This document shows positions 1-8,975 of a DNA stretch of 64,000 nt, piece after piece. Each line of letters opens with the position of its first letter. Position 1 is the stretch's first letter. Under the pieces are notes generated by a model. It did not search any database. It was not told where the DNA came from and was given only the letters and a program-made list of their open reading frames with translations. Where the stretch lies: positions 3,802-67,801 of the forward strand of contig CACAZG010000001.1 in assembly GCA_902536975.1 (NCBI GenBank). Reading direction: 5' to 3'. Made by a program: the position numbers and the translations under genes. This stretch comes from an uncultured Pelagibacteraceae bacterium (GTDB lineage: Bacteria; Pseudomonadota; Alphaproteobacteria; Pelagibacterales; Pelagibacteraceae).

Positions 1-783
1 AAATATAAAAAAATATTTGATATTTTTTCAAAGAAAATACGTGAAGGACAAACTTATCAAATAAAAATATGCACTAAATACAAAAATAAATCCGAGATAA
101 ATCCTGTAAATTTCTTTTGGAAACTTATGAAAATTAATTCATCTCCAGAGTCATTCATGATAAGAGATAAAGATTATTCAATAGTTAGTTGTTCTCCAGA
201 AACATTGATTTATAGAAAAGGCAACTCGATCATTACTAAACCCATAGCGGGAACGCTAAAAAAGAGTAAATTTTACAATAAATTAAAGGCTTTAAAATAT
301 TTTAGAAACAATAATAAAGAAACTAAAGAACATAATATGATCGTTGATCTTGAAAGAAATGATTTATCAAGAATTTGCAAACCTGGAACTGTAAAGATTA
401 AAAAGGAAAAGTATGTAGAAGAATATAAGCATCTTTATCACTATGTAACAAGTATTGCGGGTAAAATAAAAAAAAATATTTCTGTAAAAGAAATAATAAC
501 TGCTATGATGCCTGGTGGATCTGTTATTGGATGTCCAAAAATTAAGACATTACAATTATTAAATTCTCAGGAAAGAGAAGACAGAAATATTTTTACTGGG
601 AGTTTTGGTTTTATTAAATTCAATGAGAATATGAGATTTAATATAATTATAAGATCTATCTTAAACTTTAAAAAACAATCAGAAATTTCTGCAGCATCAG
701 GTGTAGTTTTAGACAGTGCAGCAAAAAAAGAATTTAATGAGAATTTTATAAAAGCAAAATCATTATTAGAATTATTTAAATGA
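1..783 (+). CDS. pabB: Chorismate-binding enzyme, aminodeoxychorismate synthase component I (PabB/TrpE family), 5'-truncated by window edge
   Basis: Frame is open from base 1 (KYKKIFDIFSKKIREGQTYQI...). Motifs SPE, KPIAGT, EHNMIVDLERNDL, PGGSVIGCPK, NIIIRS. Followed by PabA- and PabC-like genes. Confidence 0.8.
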   Translation, partial: KYKKIFDIFSKKIREGQTYQIKICTKYKNKSEINPVNFFWKLMKINSSPESFMIRDKDYSIVSCSPETLIYRKGNSIITKPIAGTLKKSKFYNKLKALKYFRNNNKETKEHNMIVDLERNDLSRICKPGTVKIKKEKYVEEYKHLYHYVTSIAGKIKKNISVKEIITAMMPGGSVIGCPKIKTLQLLNSQEREDRNIFTGSFGFIKFNENMRFNIIIRSILNFKKQSEISAASGVVLDSAAKKEFNENFIKAKSLLELFK

Positions 784-1337
784 TATATATAATTGATCAT
801 CAAGACTCATTTACTTGGAACGTTGTTCATCAATTTTCGCAATTTGATAAAGTTATTTGCACAAATTATTTTGAATTAAACAATAACTTACTTGAAAAAT
901 CTGACACAATAGTTCTGTCACCAGGTCCAGGATCTCCTAAAGATTATCCAAACACATCAAAGGTTTATAAAAAATTTAAAGGAAAGAAAAAAATAATAGG
1001 AATATGTCTAGGTTATCAACAAATTTTATTTTGTGAAAAAGCTAAAATTATTCAACAAAAAAATATCTTTCACGGATATCAGTCGGAAGTTAAAGTAACA
1101 AATAACAAGTCAATCTTTCAAAAAAATTCAAAATTTAAAGTAGGCAGATATCACTCATTAAAGTTAAAAGAGCCATTTTCAGCTAAAAATTTTGAAATAA
1201 CAATTAGATGTTCAAACACTGGTATTGCAATGGGTTTTGAAAACATTAAAGATAATATATATGGATTTCAATTTCACCCAGAATCTTTTTTAACGAAAAA
1301 TGGTAAAATACTTATTAAAAAAATCCTATCAGCGTAA
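780..1337 (+). CDS. pabA: Glutamine amidotransferase class I (PabA/TrpG)
   Basis: IDHQDSFTWN, SPGPGSP, GICLGYQ (catalytic Cys), GRYHSL, QFHPES. Confidence 0.85.
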   Translation: MIYIIDHQDSFTWNVVHQFSQFDKVICTNYFELNNNLLEKSDTIVLSPGPGSPKDYPNTSKVYKKFKGKKKIIGICLGYQQILFCEKAKIIQQKNIFHGYQSEVKVTNNKSIFQKNSKFKVGRYHSLKLKEPFSAKNFEITIRCSNTGIAMGFENIKDNIYGFQFHPESFLTKNGKILIKKILSA

Positions 1338-2070
1338 CACACTTAAAGAGATTAAATTTAATGATCTTTGGAATAAAAATGGTGTCTTTACTACAATGTG
1401 GATATACAGCAAACCACCAAAAATTCTTTTTTTTAAATCACATATTAAAAATTTAATTAAATCATTAAAAGCTTATAAAATAAGTGAGGATAATATTAAA
1501 AATATTATTCTTAATTTAATTAAAAAAAATATTAATAAAAAAATTTCCTACAATCATTTACTAAGAGTCGCTTTAAATAAAAGAATTATATCCATTTCTA
1601 TTAGAAAAAGAATAATACCAAAAAGTAACTTTAGTTTAAAATTAGTAAATTATGAGAGAGTAAAACCTGAGTATAAAAATCTAAAGTATAAAAAAATATT
1701 AGAATTTTTTTCAAAAATGAATACATCTAAACAGGATATTGCCTTATACGTAAATAATAAAATTCTTGAAACTGGAACTTCAAATCTTTTATTTGTTTCT
1801 AAAAAGAAAATTTACTCGCCAAAATCAAATTACTATAAAGGAACAAATATAAAGTTTTATGAAAAAAAATTTCGTATTATTAAAAAGGATATTTACCTAA
1901 AGGATATTGAGCAGTTCGAAGAAATTATATTAGTTGGATCAGGAAAAGGTGTTGTATCTGTAAATTTTATTGATGGTTATAATTGGAAAAGAAAAAGCAA
2001 AGAAACGTTTAATAAAATTTTTCAAACCTTTAAAAGTGAGTCCAGCAAAAATATATATAAATATAATTAA
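1300..2070 (+). CDS. Aminotransferase class IV / aminodeoxychorismate lyase-like (PabC-like)
   Basis: GVFTTM, KNLKY (PLP Lys), ILETGTSNLLF, KGT; third gene of the pab operon. Confidence 0.7.
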   Translation: MVKYLLKKSYQRNTLKEIKFNDLWNKNGVFTTMWIYSKPPKILFFKSHIKNLIKSLKAYKISEDNIKNIILNLIKKNINKKISYNHLLRVALNKRIISISIRKRIIPKSNFSLKLVNYERVKPEYKNLKYKKILEFFSKMNTSKQDIALYVNNKILETGTSNLLFVSKKKIYSPKSNYYKGTNIKFYEKKFRIIKKDIYLKDIEQFEEIILVGSGKGVVSVNFIDGYNWKRKSKETFNKIFQTFKSESSKNIYKYN

Positions 2071-2468
2071 TGAGAGATCCAAATAATCCATGTCTTTTTT
2101 GTAATATTCCATCAAGTGATTACATATTTGAAAATAATTTAGCCTTTTCTACTTTTGATTCTTATCCAGTTTCAAAATATCATGCGCTAATAATTCCAAA
2201 GAGACATGTTGAAAACTATTTTGATATGTCAGAGGAAGAAGTTTCATCCTGCAATAAGCTAATAAAGAAAATGAGAAATAAAATTCAGGAGCTTGATCCG
2301 ACTGTAGAGGGTTTTAATATTGGCTCAAATTCAGGTAAAGTATCAGGGCAATCAATAATGCATTGCCATATACATTTAATTCCAAGAAGAAAAAATGATG
2401 TGGATAACCCGCAAGGAGGTGTTAGGGGAGTTATACCTTCAAAACAGCATTATCGGCGTAAAAAATAA
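2070..2468 (+). CDS. HIT family nucleotide hydrolase
   Basis: CLFC, YPVSKYHALIIPKRH, GFNIG, histidine triad HCHIHLIPR. Confidence 0.92.
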   Translation: MRDPNNPCLFCNIPSSDYIFENNLAFSTFDSYPVSKYHALIIPKRHVENYFDMSEEEVSSCNKLIKKMRNKIQELDPTVEGFNIGSNSGKVSGQSIMHCHIHLIPRRKNDVDNPQGGVRGVIPSKQHYRRKK

Positions 2469-2564
2469 ATTTTTAACAATATACCAGTGCTAAAATGTCA
2501 CTTTATCGTAGTTGATCTATTATAATAAGTATACTAAGAATCCAATTGCGGAAGGAACATCATA

Positions 2565-3365
2565 ATGATTTCAACAAACCCATTTTTTATTTTATCCGAG
2601 AGTGTACCAGCTATTTTAATGCAATCATTCGTAATACTTATGGGTATTTTAATACTAGTGGGGACTGTTATGGATATTATCCATAAAAAAAATGTTAAAT
2701 ATTTTTTCCAAAATGCAAAAAAAGCAAAATTGTCAGCTAAAAAAGAATTAACTTCTTCTGAAAGAATATCAGTAATATCTAAAACTATTGCAAGCGATAT
2801 AGCAACTACTTCTGAGCTTGGGGCAGGTAAAAGAAGATTGGCACATGTAATGGGAATGTATGGAACAATTATGTTTTGGGTTGGATCAGTTGTGATGATA
2901 TTTTTTTATACTTCTTCAAATTCAGTAACACCTGCTTTTTGGCCAATCATTTGGCATGTTGGTGCGGCTTTAACAGTTCTAGGTGGAGGTTGGTTTTGGT
3001 TTTTTTTAAGAGTTGATGTCTATTCCGAAGCTCAACCTTGGTATAGAATAATCCAAGCAGACCTGTTTGTGCTTGCTTTGATCGCATCCTCGCTATTTGG
3101 ATTAATTTGGTCATATCTTCAATCTTTAAACTTACAAGGTAGATGGGATGATTTTGTATTTTTAGGATTATTTATAGTTGCAAATTTAGTTTTATTTGGT
3201 GGTGTATATTGGTCTAAATTTGCTCATATGTTTTACAAACCTGGAGCCGCTTTACAAAAAAATTTAGCTGAAGCTGATGGATCTAGAGATAATCTTCCAC
3301 CTGAAGCTGACGCTCCAGAGCAATTTGGCCTAGGTATAAAAAGAGAAGAGCCAAAACATTATTAA
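2565..3365 (+). CDS. aprM: APS reductase membrane anchor AprM
   Basis: Multi-TM protein with WSKFAHMFYKPGAA and C-terminal FGLGIKREEPKHY; directly upstream of aprB. Confidence 0.88.
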   Translation: MISTNPFFILSESVPAILMQSFVILMGILILVGTVMDIIHKKNVKYFFQNAKKAKLSAKKELTSSERISVISKTIASDIATTSELGAGKRRLAHVMGMYGTIMFWVGSVVMIFFYTSSNSVTPAFWPIIWHVGAALTVLGGGWFWFFLRVDVYSEAQPWYRIIQADLFVLALIASSLFGLIWSYLQSLNLQGRWDDFVFLGLFIVANLVLFGGVYWSKFAHMFYKPGAALQKNLAEADGSRDNLPPEADAPEQFGLGIKREEPKHY

Positions 3366-3399
3366 TATGATACAGAACTTAAAGGAGAAAATATAAATT

Positions 3400-3870
3400 A
3401 TGTCAACTTTTGTGTACATGACTAGATGCGATGGCTGTGGTCACTGTGTGGATATTTGTCCATCAGATATTATGCATATCGATGAAACTATAAGAAGAGC
3501 AAAAAATATTGAACCAAACTTTTGTTGGGAATGTTACTCATGTGTTAAAGCTTGTCCAAACCATGCGATCGATGTTAGAGGTTATGCAGATTTTGCTCCA
3601 ATGGGTCATAGTGTAAGAGTTAGAAGAGAAGAGGAAAAAGGAACTATTTCTTGGAGAATAAAATTTAGAAATGGAACTGAAAAGAATTTTGTGTCGCCAA
3701 TAACTACTAAGCCTTGGGGTAAATTTATTCCAAAATTAGCTGAAGGAGATAAGCCCAATCAAGGAGAAATTAATTCTCAAATATTATATTCAGAGCCAGA
3801 GGGATTAAATACAAATAAAGAATTACCAAAAGTAGATAAGAGTGCTTTTAAAAAAGGAGTTTATTATTAA
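3400..3870 (+). CDS. aprB: Adenylylsulfate reductase beta subunit
   Basis: MSTFVYMTRCDGCGHCVDICPSD and CWECYSCVKACP ferredoxin motifs; SD AAGGAG upstream. Confidence 0.97.
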   Translation: MSTFVYMTRCDGCGHCVDICPSDIMHIDETIRRAKNIEPNFCWECYSCVKACPNHAIDVRGYADFAPMGHSVRVRREEEKGTISWRIKFRNGTEKNFVSPITTKPWGKFIPKLAEGDKPNQGEINSQILYSEPEGLNTNKELPKVDKSAFKKGVYY

Positions 3871-5726
3871 TGGCTAGAAAAACTATAGTAGAAAATTGCG
3901 ATGTTTTAGTTGTTGGTGGAGGAATGGCTGGAACTGGTGCAACTTTCGAGGCTAGACATTGGGGTAGAGATCTAAAAATAGTTTGTGTTGAAAAAGCAAA
4001 TATAGATAGAAGCGGTGCGGTTGCTCAAGGTTTATATGCAATCAACTGCTACATGGGAATGCAATGGGGTGAAAATCAACCTGAAGACCATGTAAGATAT
4101 GCAAGAAATGATTTAATGGGATTGGTCAGAGAAGATTTAGGATATGACATGGCCCGTCACGTAGATTCAACTGTTCATATGTTTGATGAATGGGGTTTGC
4201 CAATGATGAAAAATAAAGAGACAGGTCGATACCAAAGAGAGGGTAAATGGCAAATAATGATACATGGTGAAAGTTATAAACCAATTGTTGCAGAGGCAGC
4301 AAAAAAATCAGCAGATAAAATTTACAACAGAATAATGATTACCCATCTATTAATGGACGAAAATAATGAAAATAGAGTTGGAGGGGCAGTTGGATTTAAT
4401 ATGAGAACAGGTGACTACCACGTATTCAAATCAAAAACAGTTATTGTTGCTGCTGGAGGCGCTTCACATATTTTCAAACCTAGAGCTGTAGGTGAGGGAA
4501 TGGGAAGAACTTGGTATGCTCCATGGAGTAATGGGTCAGCATATGCATTACCTATTGCTGCTGGAGCTAAAATGACCCAAATGGAGAATAGAATTGTTCT
4601 TTGCAGATTTAAGGATGGTTATGGTCCAGTTGGTGCCTACTTCTTACATTTAAAAACATACACGCAAAATGCGAACGGTGAAAATTATGAGAAAAAATGG
4701 TACGAAAAAACAAAAGAATTAGTTGGAGAGTATATTGATCATCACCCCACTCCTACATGTTTACGTAACCATGCTTTTATACAAGAAACAATGGCTGGTG
4801 GTGGACCAATTCATATGGTGACGAAAGAAGCATTTCAAGATCCACACTTAGAAACAGTGGGTTGGGAAAATTTCTTAGGTATGACAGTTGGACAGGCAGT
4901 TGTATGGGCTTCTCAAAATATTGATCCAAAATACACAAACCCTGAATTAACAACATCGGAGCCGTATGTAATGGGTTCTCATGCCACATGTTCAGGAGCG
5001 TGGGTAAGCGGACCAGAAGATTTATCTCCACCAGAATATTTCTGGGGATATAACAGAATGACAACAATTCAAGGTTTATTCGGAGCTGGAGATACAGTAG
5101 GTGGAAGCGCACATAAATTCTCATCTGGATCTTTTACTGAGGGAAGATTAGCTGCAAAAGCTGCTGTTAAATATATAGAAGATCAAAAGGCAAACGATAT
5201 TAAAGTAAGTGATAAACAATGTGATGATTTTAGAGAAGTTATTTATAAACCTTTAGAAAATTATACAGTTGGAAGAAATGAAATAACTGGTGGAACGGTA
5301 TCACCGAGCTATATTTCCCCAATCCAAGGTTTACAAAGGCTTCAAAAAATAATGGATGAATATGTAGGTGGTATTAGCTACAATTACATGACGAATGAAA
5401 ATACTCTTAAAAAAGGCTTAGAGTTACTTGCATGGCTTGAAGAAGATTTAGAAAATATAGGAGCTGAAGATTATCACCAACTTATGAGAGCTTGGGAGTT
5501 AAAACACAGAACAATTACATCTCAATGTGTAACAGAACATACCTTGTTCAGACAAGAAACTCGTTGGCCAGGTTATTATTATAGAGGGGATTATATGAAA
5601 TTAGATGATGAAAATTGGCATTGTCTCACTCTATCTAGAAGAGACCCTAAAACAGGTAAGTTTACCATGGAAAAAGCACCTGTTTATCATATAGTTGATG
5701 AAAAAGAGAAAAAAGAAGCTTCTTAA
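3870..5726 (+). CDS. aprA: Adenylylsulfate reductase alpha subunit
   Basis: GGGMAG FAD motif, RSGAVAQGLYAIN, WQIMIHGESYK, RFKDGYGPVGA, HKFSSGS, ETRWPGYYYR. Confidence 0.98.
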   Translation: MARKTIVENCDVLVVGGGMAGTGATFEARHWGRDLKIVCVEKANIDRSGAVAQGLYAINCYMGMQWGENQPEDHVRYARNDLMGLVREDLGYDMARHVDSTVHMFDEWGLPMMKNKETGRYQREGKWQIMIHGESYKPIVAEAAKKSADKIYNRIMITHLLMDENNENRVGGAVGFNMRTGDYHVFKSKTVIVAAGGASHIFKPRAVGEGMGRTWYAPWSNGSAYALPIAAGAKMTQMENRIVLCRFKDGYGPVGAYFLHLKTYTQNANGENYEKKWYEKTKELVGEYIDHHPTPTCLRNHAFIQETMAGGGPIHMVTKEAFQDPHLETVGWENFLGMTVGQAVVWASQNIDPKYTNPELTTSEPYVMGSHATCSGAWVSGPEDLSPPEYFWGYNRMTTIQGLFGAGDTVGGSAHKFSSGSFTEGRLAAKAAVKYIEDQKANDIKVSDKQCDDFREVIYKPLENYTVGRNEITGGTVSPSYISPIQGLQRLQKIMDEYVGGISYNYMTNENTLKKGLELLAWLEEDLENIGAEDYHQLMRAWELKHRTITSQCVTEHTLFRQETRWPGYYYRGDYMKLDDENWHCLTLSRRDPKTGKFTMEKAPVYHIVDEKEKKEAS

Positions 5727-5744
5727 ATTCAATAGATCATAGAA

Positions 5745-6095
5745 ATGGCTTTATTAGATAAATCCGATGAGGAAATTATTAAAATAGCCGAACCTATTTG
5801 GGCAAACCTAGTTAAATCATCAAACATTAAAGATTATGGGGGATTTACAAGAGATCTGTCATCACAAATGATGTATGGTGCCAATGAAGTTGAGTTAGGT
5901 AAGCAATGGGCAAGCAACAAGCTTATTTCAAGTTTAGCAGAAGGTTGTAAAGCTATAGGGTGTTTAAGAAGAGGTCTTTATATTACAATACTGTACAAAC
6001 AAACAAGCACTGAAATACCAGGAGACTTTTTAGGAAGACTCGTCCTTGGAGATGAAGGGGATGAGGTTAAGGTTTTTGGAGCAACAATCTTTTAA
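5745..6095 (+). CDS. Hypothetical protein (possibly DUF3887/NTF2-like fold)
   Basis: 116-aa ORF 18 nt after aprA; pattern SSN..DY..F..D.S..M and C-terminal beta strands. Confidence 0.6.
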   Translation: MALLDKSDEEIIKIAEPIWANLVKSSNIKDYGGFTRDLSSQMMYGANEVELGKQWASNKLISSLAEGCKAIGCLRRGLYITILYKQTSTEIPGDFLGRLVLGDEGDEVKVFGATIF

Positions 6096-6145
6096 ATAAA
6101 TAAAATATTCTTTGCATTTAATACAACTTATGGTATTTCGCGAGT

Positions 6146-6292
6146 ATGTTTCAAAGAATAAATCAAAATTTAAAAAAATTACCTTTATTCTTTGAAAATC
6201 AATTGAGTAAAATAATCAAATCATTTTTATATCTTTTTATTTTCTTTGCTTGGGGAATTATAATCCTTAGTACGGCTCAAAACTTTATATAA
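6146..6292 (+). CDS. Unannotated 48-aa small membrane protein
   Basis: Read by hand: MFQRINQNLKKLPLFFENQLSKIIKSFLYLFIFFAWGIIILSTAQNFI*. Fills an otherwise large gap, has a C-terminal hydrophobic helix, and promoter-like TTGCAT-N16-TATTTC lies just upstream. Confidence 0.5.
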   Translation: MFQRINQNLKKLPLFFENQLSKIIKSFLYLFIFFAWGIIILSTAQNFI

Positions 6293-6335
6293 AAAATTCA
6301 TATTTATTGACTTTGAACTATTAGAAGAATAGTTA

Positions 6336-7427
6336 GTGTTTATGGAGTATTTTCTTCCAATTGCACAAGTTGAAATTAATATTTTATATATTTTTGGTTT
6401 AAGTTTAGTCGTAGGAATTTTATCAGGATTATTTGGAGTAGGTGGAGGGTTTTTAATGACTCCATTTTTAATATTTATGGGTGTACCACCAATTTACGCT
6501 GTTCCAAATGAGGCAAGTAACATTCTTGGAACTTCTGTTTCAGGTTCAACAACACATTATCTTAAAGGGACACTCGATTATAAAATGGGTTTCATGATTG
6601 TAATTGGCGGGGTGGTAGGAACAGTTCTAGGAATTATAACTTTTTCATATTTTAAAGATATTGGAAAAATAAATGTAGTCATTTCTCTTGCATATATGTA
6701 CATCCTTGCAATTTTAGGAACTTTTATGTTAATTCAGGGTGTTTCAGAAATTGAAAAAGCAAGAAAAAAAATTACTGAAAGAAAAAAATTACATAAACAC
6801 TATTGGATACACGGATTACCTTTGAGAATGCGTTTTAAAAAATCTCAACTTTATGAAAGTGCGTTCACACCAATTATAATTGGTTTAATTGTTGGTTTCA
6901 TAGCAGCAATTATGGGAATTGGAGGTGCTTTTATACTTGTTCCTGCAATGATTTATATTATTGGAATGCCCACAAGGTTGATACCAGGCACATCTCTATT
7001 TGTAACTATTTTTGTTAGTGCTATTGTAACAATTCTCCATGCATTAAACTACGGTACTATAGACTTGATTTTAGTTTTTGTTTTAATTTTAGGATCGATA
7101 ATTGGAGTACAGTTCGGACAAAAAATAGGTGAAAAAATTGACAGTTCAGAATTCAAAACTATTTTAGCAATTCTTTTGCTTTTAGTAGGTATCGCAATTG
7201 CTTATGATACTTTTATTAAAGACGAAAATGCAATGAATGACGCTGTTAATACAAATGATAATTTAGGAGCCTTAAGTCAATTTATATTAAACTTTTCTGA
7301 AGATATGCCAATATTTTATGGTCTTACATCAGTATTACTAGCAGTAGTACTTGGAGTTGGTGCTGCAATGATTAGAAGAGTTTACTCTAATTGGAATGAT
7401 GCAAGATTAGCTAAACTAAAAAAGTAA
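6336..7427 (+). CDS. Sulfite exporter TauE/SafE family membrane protein (start probably ATG 6342)
   Basis: Duplicated SGLFGVGGGFLMTP / AIMGIGGAFILVP motifs, GTSLF; sulfonate-catabolic context. Confidence 0.88.
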   Translation: MFMEYFLPIAQVEINILYIFGLSLVVGILSGLFGVGGGFLMTPFLIFMGVPPIYAVPNEASNILGTSVSGSTTHYLKGTLDYKMGFMIVIGGVVGTVLGIITFSYFKDIGKINVVISLAYMYILAILGTFMLIQGVSEIEKARKKITERKKLHKHYWIHGLPLRMRFKKSQLYESAFTPIIIGLIVGFIAAIMGIGGAFILVPAMIYIIGMPTRLIPGTSLFVTIFVSAIVTILHALNYGTIDLILVFVLILGSIIGVQFGQKIGEKIDSSEFKTILAILLLLVGIAIAYDTFIKDENAMNDAVNTNDNLGALSQFILNFSEDMPIFYGLTSVLLAVVLGVGAAMIRRVYSNWNDARLAKLKK

Positions 7428-8594
7428 CTAAGCGCTTCTATAAAGTTTAGTCATAACAAATTCTTTATGACCTAAAGCTTCTGCACAAGTTAATCTTCCA
7501 TTTGCAACTCTTAAGGTTGATTTAATTAACTCGTCTCCTGCTTGGCTTAAATTCATCTCTCTAGATAGAATTTTTGATACATCAACATCAATATGCTCAC
7601 TCATAGTTTTCGCTGTGAGTGGATTTGCAGTCAATTTGATTACAGGTTCAATTGGATTTCCGATGATATTTCCTTGCCCAGTTGGAAATAGGTGTATATT
7701 AAAGCCACCTGCAGCTTGTAAAGTAACACATTCAGCTGCCGCTGATGAAGTGTCCATAAAGTATAAACCAGCTCCTTTTGTTGGCTCTTCTGCAGGTTCT
7801 AAAACATCTATAAATTTACATCCACCAATCTTTTGAAAGTTTCCAAAAGCTTTTTCCTCAATAGTGGTCAATCCTCCAGCTATATTTCCTGCTGTAGGTT
7901 GACTTTCGGAAAGGTCATCAGTTGCCTCTTTAAGAATAAAATCATTGTAATCGTTCCAAGTTTTTTTGAATTTTGCTTGTGCTTCAGGTGTTTTTCCTCT
8001 TTTCTCACAAACTGTTTCAGCACCTGTTAGTTCAGAAGTTTCTCCAAAACATAAATGAACACCTAGCGGCTCTAATTTATCCATAAGGTTACCAACCGTT
8101 GGATTAGAAGCTAATCCAGATGTCGTATCAGACTCACCACATTTAACTGAAATCCATAAATCGCTCATTGGACATTCCTCTCTTTGTTTCTCAGATGCCC
8201 ACATTGAAAATTCTTGTGCTTTTTTTGATACTTTTGCAATTGTATCAATATCACCCACACCTTCTATACTAAAACCTTCAACTGGTTTTCCTGTAGTTGC
8301 AATCGCATCAACAATTCTTTTTGTCCACTTTGGCTCAATCCCTATAACTATCACTGCTGCTACATTCGGATTTTTTCCTGTACCGATCATTGTTCTAAAG
8401 TGTAGTTCTAGATCAGCACCAAATTGTAATCGTCCATAAGAGTGAGGTAAAGCTATAGTACCTTTAATATTATTTGCTACAGCTTCAGCACAAGCATTTG
8501 AAATATCATCGACAGGAAGAATTATAACATGATTACGTGTCCCAGCTCTTCCGTTTTCTCTTTTATATCCTAAAAAACTTTTTGGAATTTCCAT
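7428..8594 (-). CDS. suyB: UxaA-family lyase large subunit, probably (2R)-sulfolactate sulfo-lyase SuyB
   Basis: [57 protein letters not shown]; split SAF partner; between xsc, tauE and apr. Confidence 0.78.
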   Translation of the reverse strand: MEIPKSFLGYKRENGRAGTRNHVIILPVDDISNACAEAVANNIKGTIALPHSYGRLQFGADLELHFRTMIGTGKNPNVAAVIVIGIEPKWTKRIVDAIATTGKPVEGFSIEGVGDIDTIAKVSKKAQEFSMWASEKQREECPMSDLWISVKCGESDTTSGLASNPTVGNLMDKLEPLGVHLCFGETSELTGAETVCEKRGKTPEAQAKFKKTWNDYNDFILKEATDDLSESQPTAGNIAGGLTTIEEKAFGNFQKIGGCKFIDVLEPAEEPTKGAGLYFMDTSSAAAECVTLQAAGGFNIHLFPTGQGNIIGNPIEPVIKLTANPLTAKTMSEHIDVDVSKILSREMNLSQAGDELIKSTLRVANGRLTCAEALGHKEFVMTKLYRSA

Positions 8595-8597
8595 AAA

Positions 8598-8885
8598 TTA
8601 CCATTTTTTCGTTTTTACATTATGAACATGAACATGCTCACCTTTTTTAATATTTTTAACTACTTTCCCAATATCATGTCCATATTTTAAAATCGTATCC
8701 CCTTCATTTAAGTCAACCATCGCAATTTTATGCCCTAAAGGTATTTCGTCTTTCGATTGAATTGAGACAGATTTGTCGTTTTCCATAATCCAGCAGTTAC
8801 AGTCTTGATTTGGAGTTATTTTTTCAATAACTACAACACCTACATTGTCTTTTTCATCGTGAATTATTATATCTGTATTAGACAT
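8598..8885 (-). CDS. suyA: SAF-domain small subunit, SuyA-like
   Basis: HDEKDNVGV, IPLGHKIA, LKYGHDIG, GEHVHVHNVKTKKW. Confidence 0.78.
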   Translation of the reverse strand: MSNTDIIIHDEKDNVGVVVIEKITPNQDCNCWIMENDKSVSIQSKDEIPLGHKIAMVDLNEGDTILKYGHDIGKVVKNIKKGEHVHVHNVKTKKW

Positions 8886-8975
8886 TGTGACGATTTCTTT
8901 ATTTGAAATTTGAGCAATCTTATATATTAATCGACCACTTTAACAAATAAAAAAAGAATTAAGAAAGGCTGAACT

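Noticed and set aside
2565-5726. Dissimilatory sulfate reduction
   Set aside because: AprM-type anchor and sulfonate context indicate the oxidative direction; no sat, qmo or dsr genes in the window.
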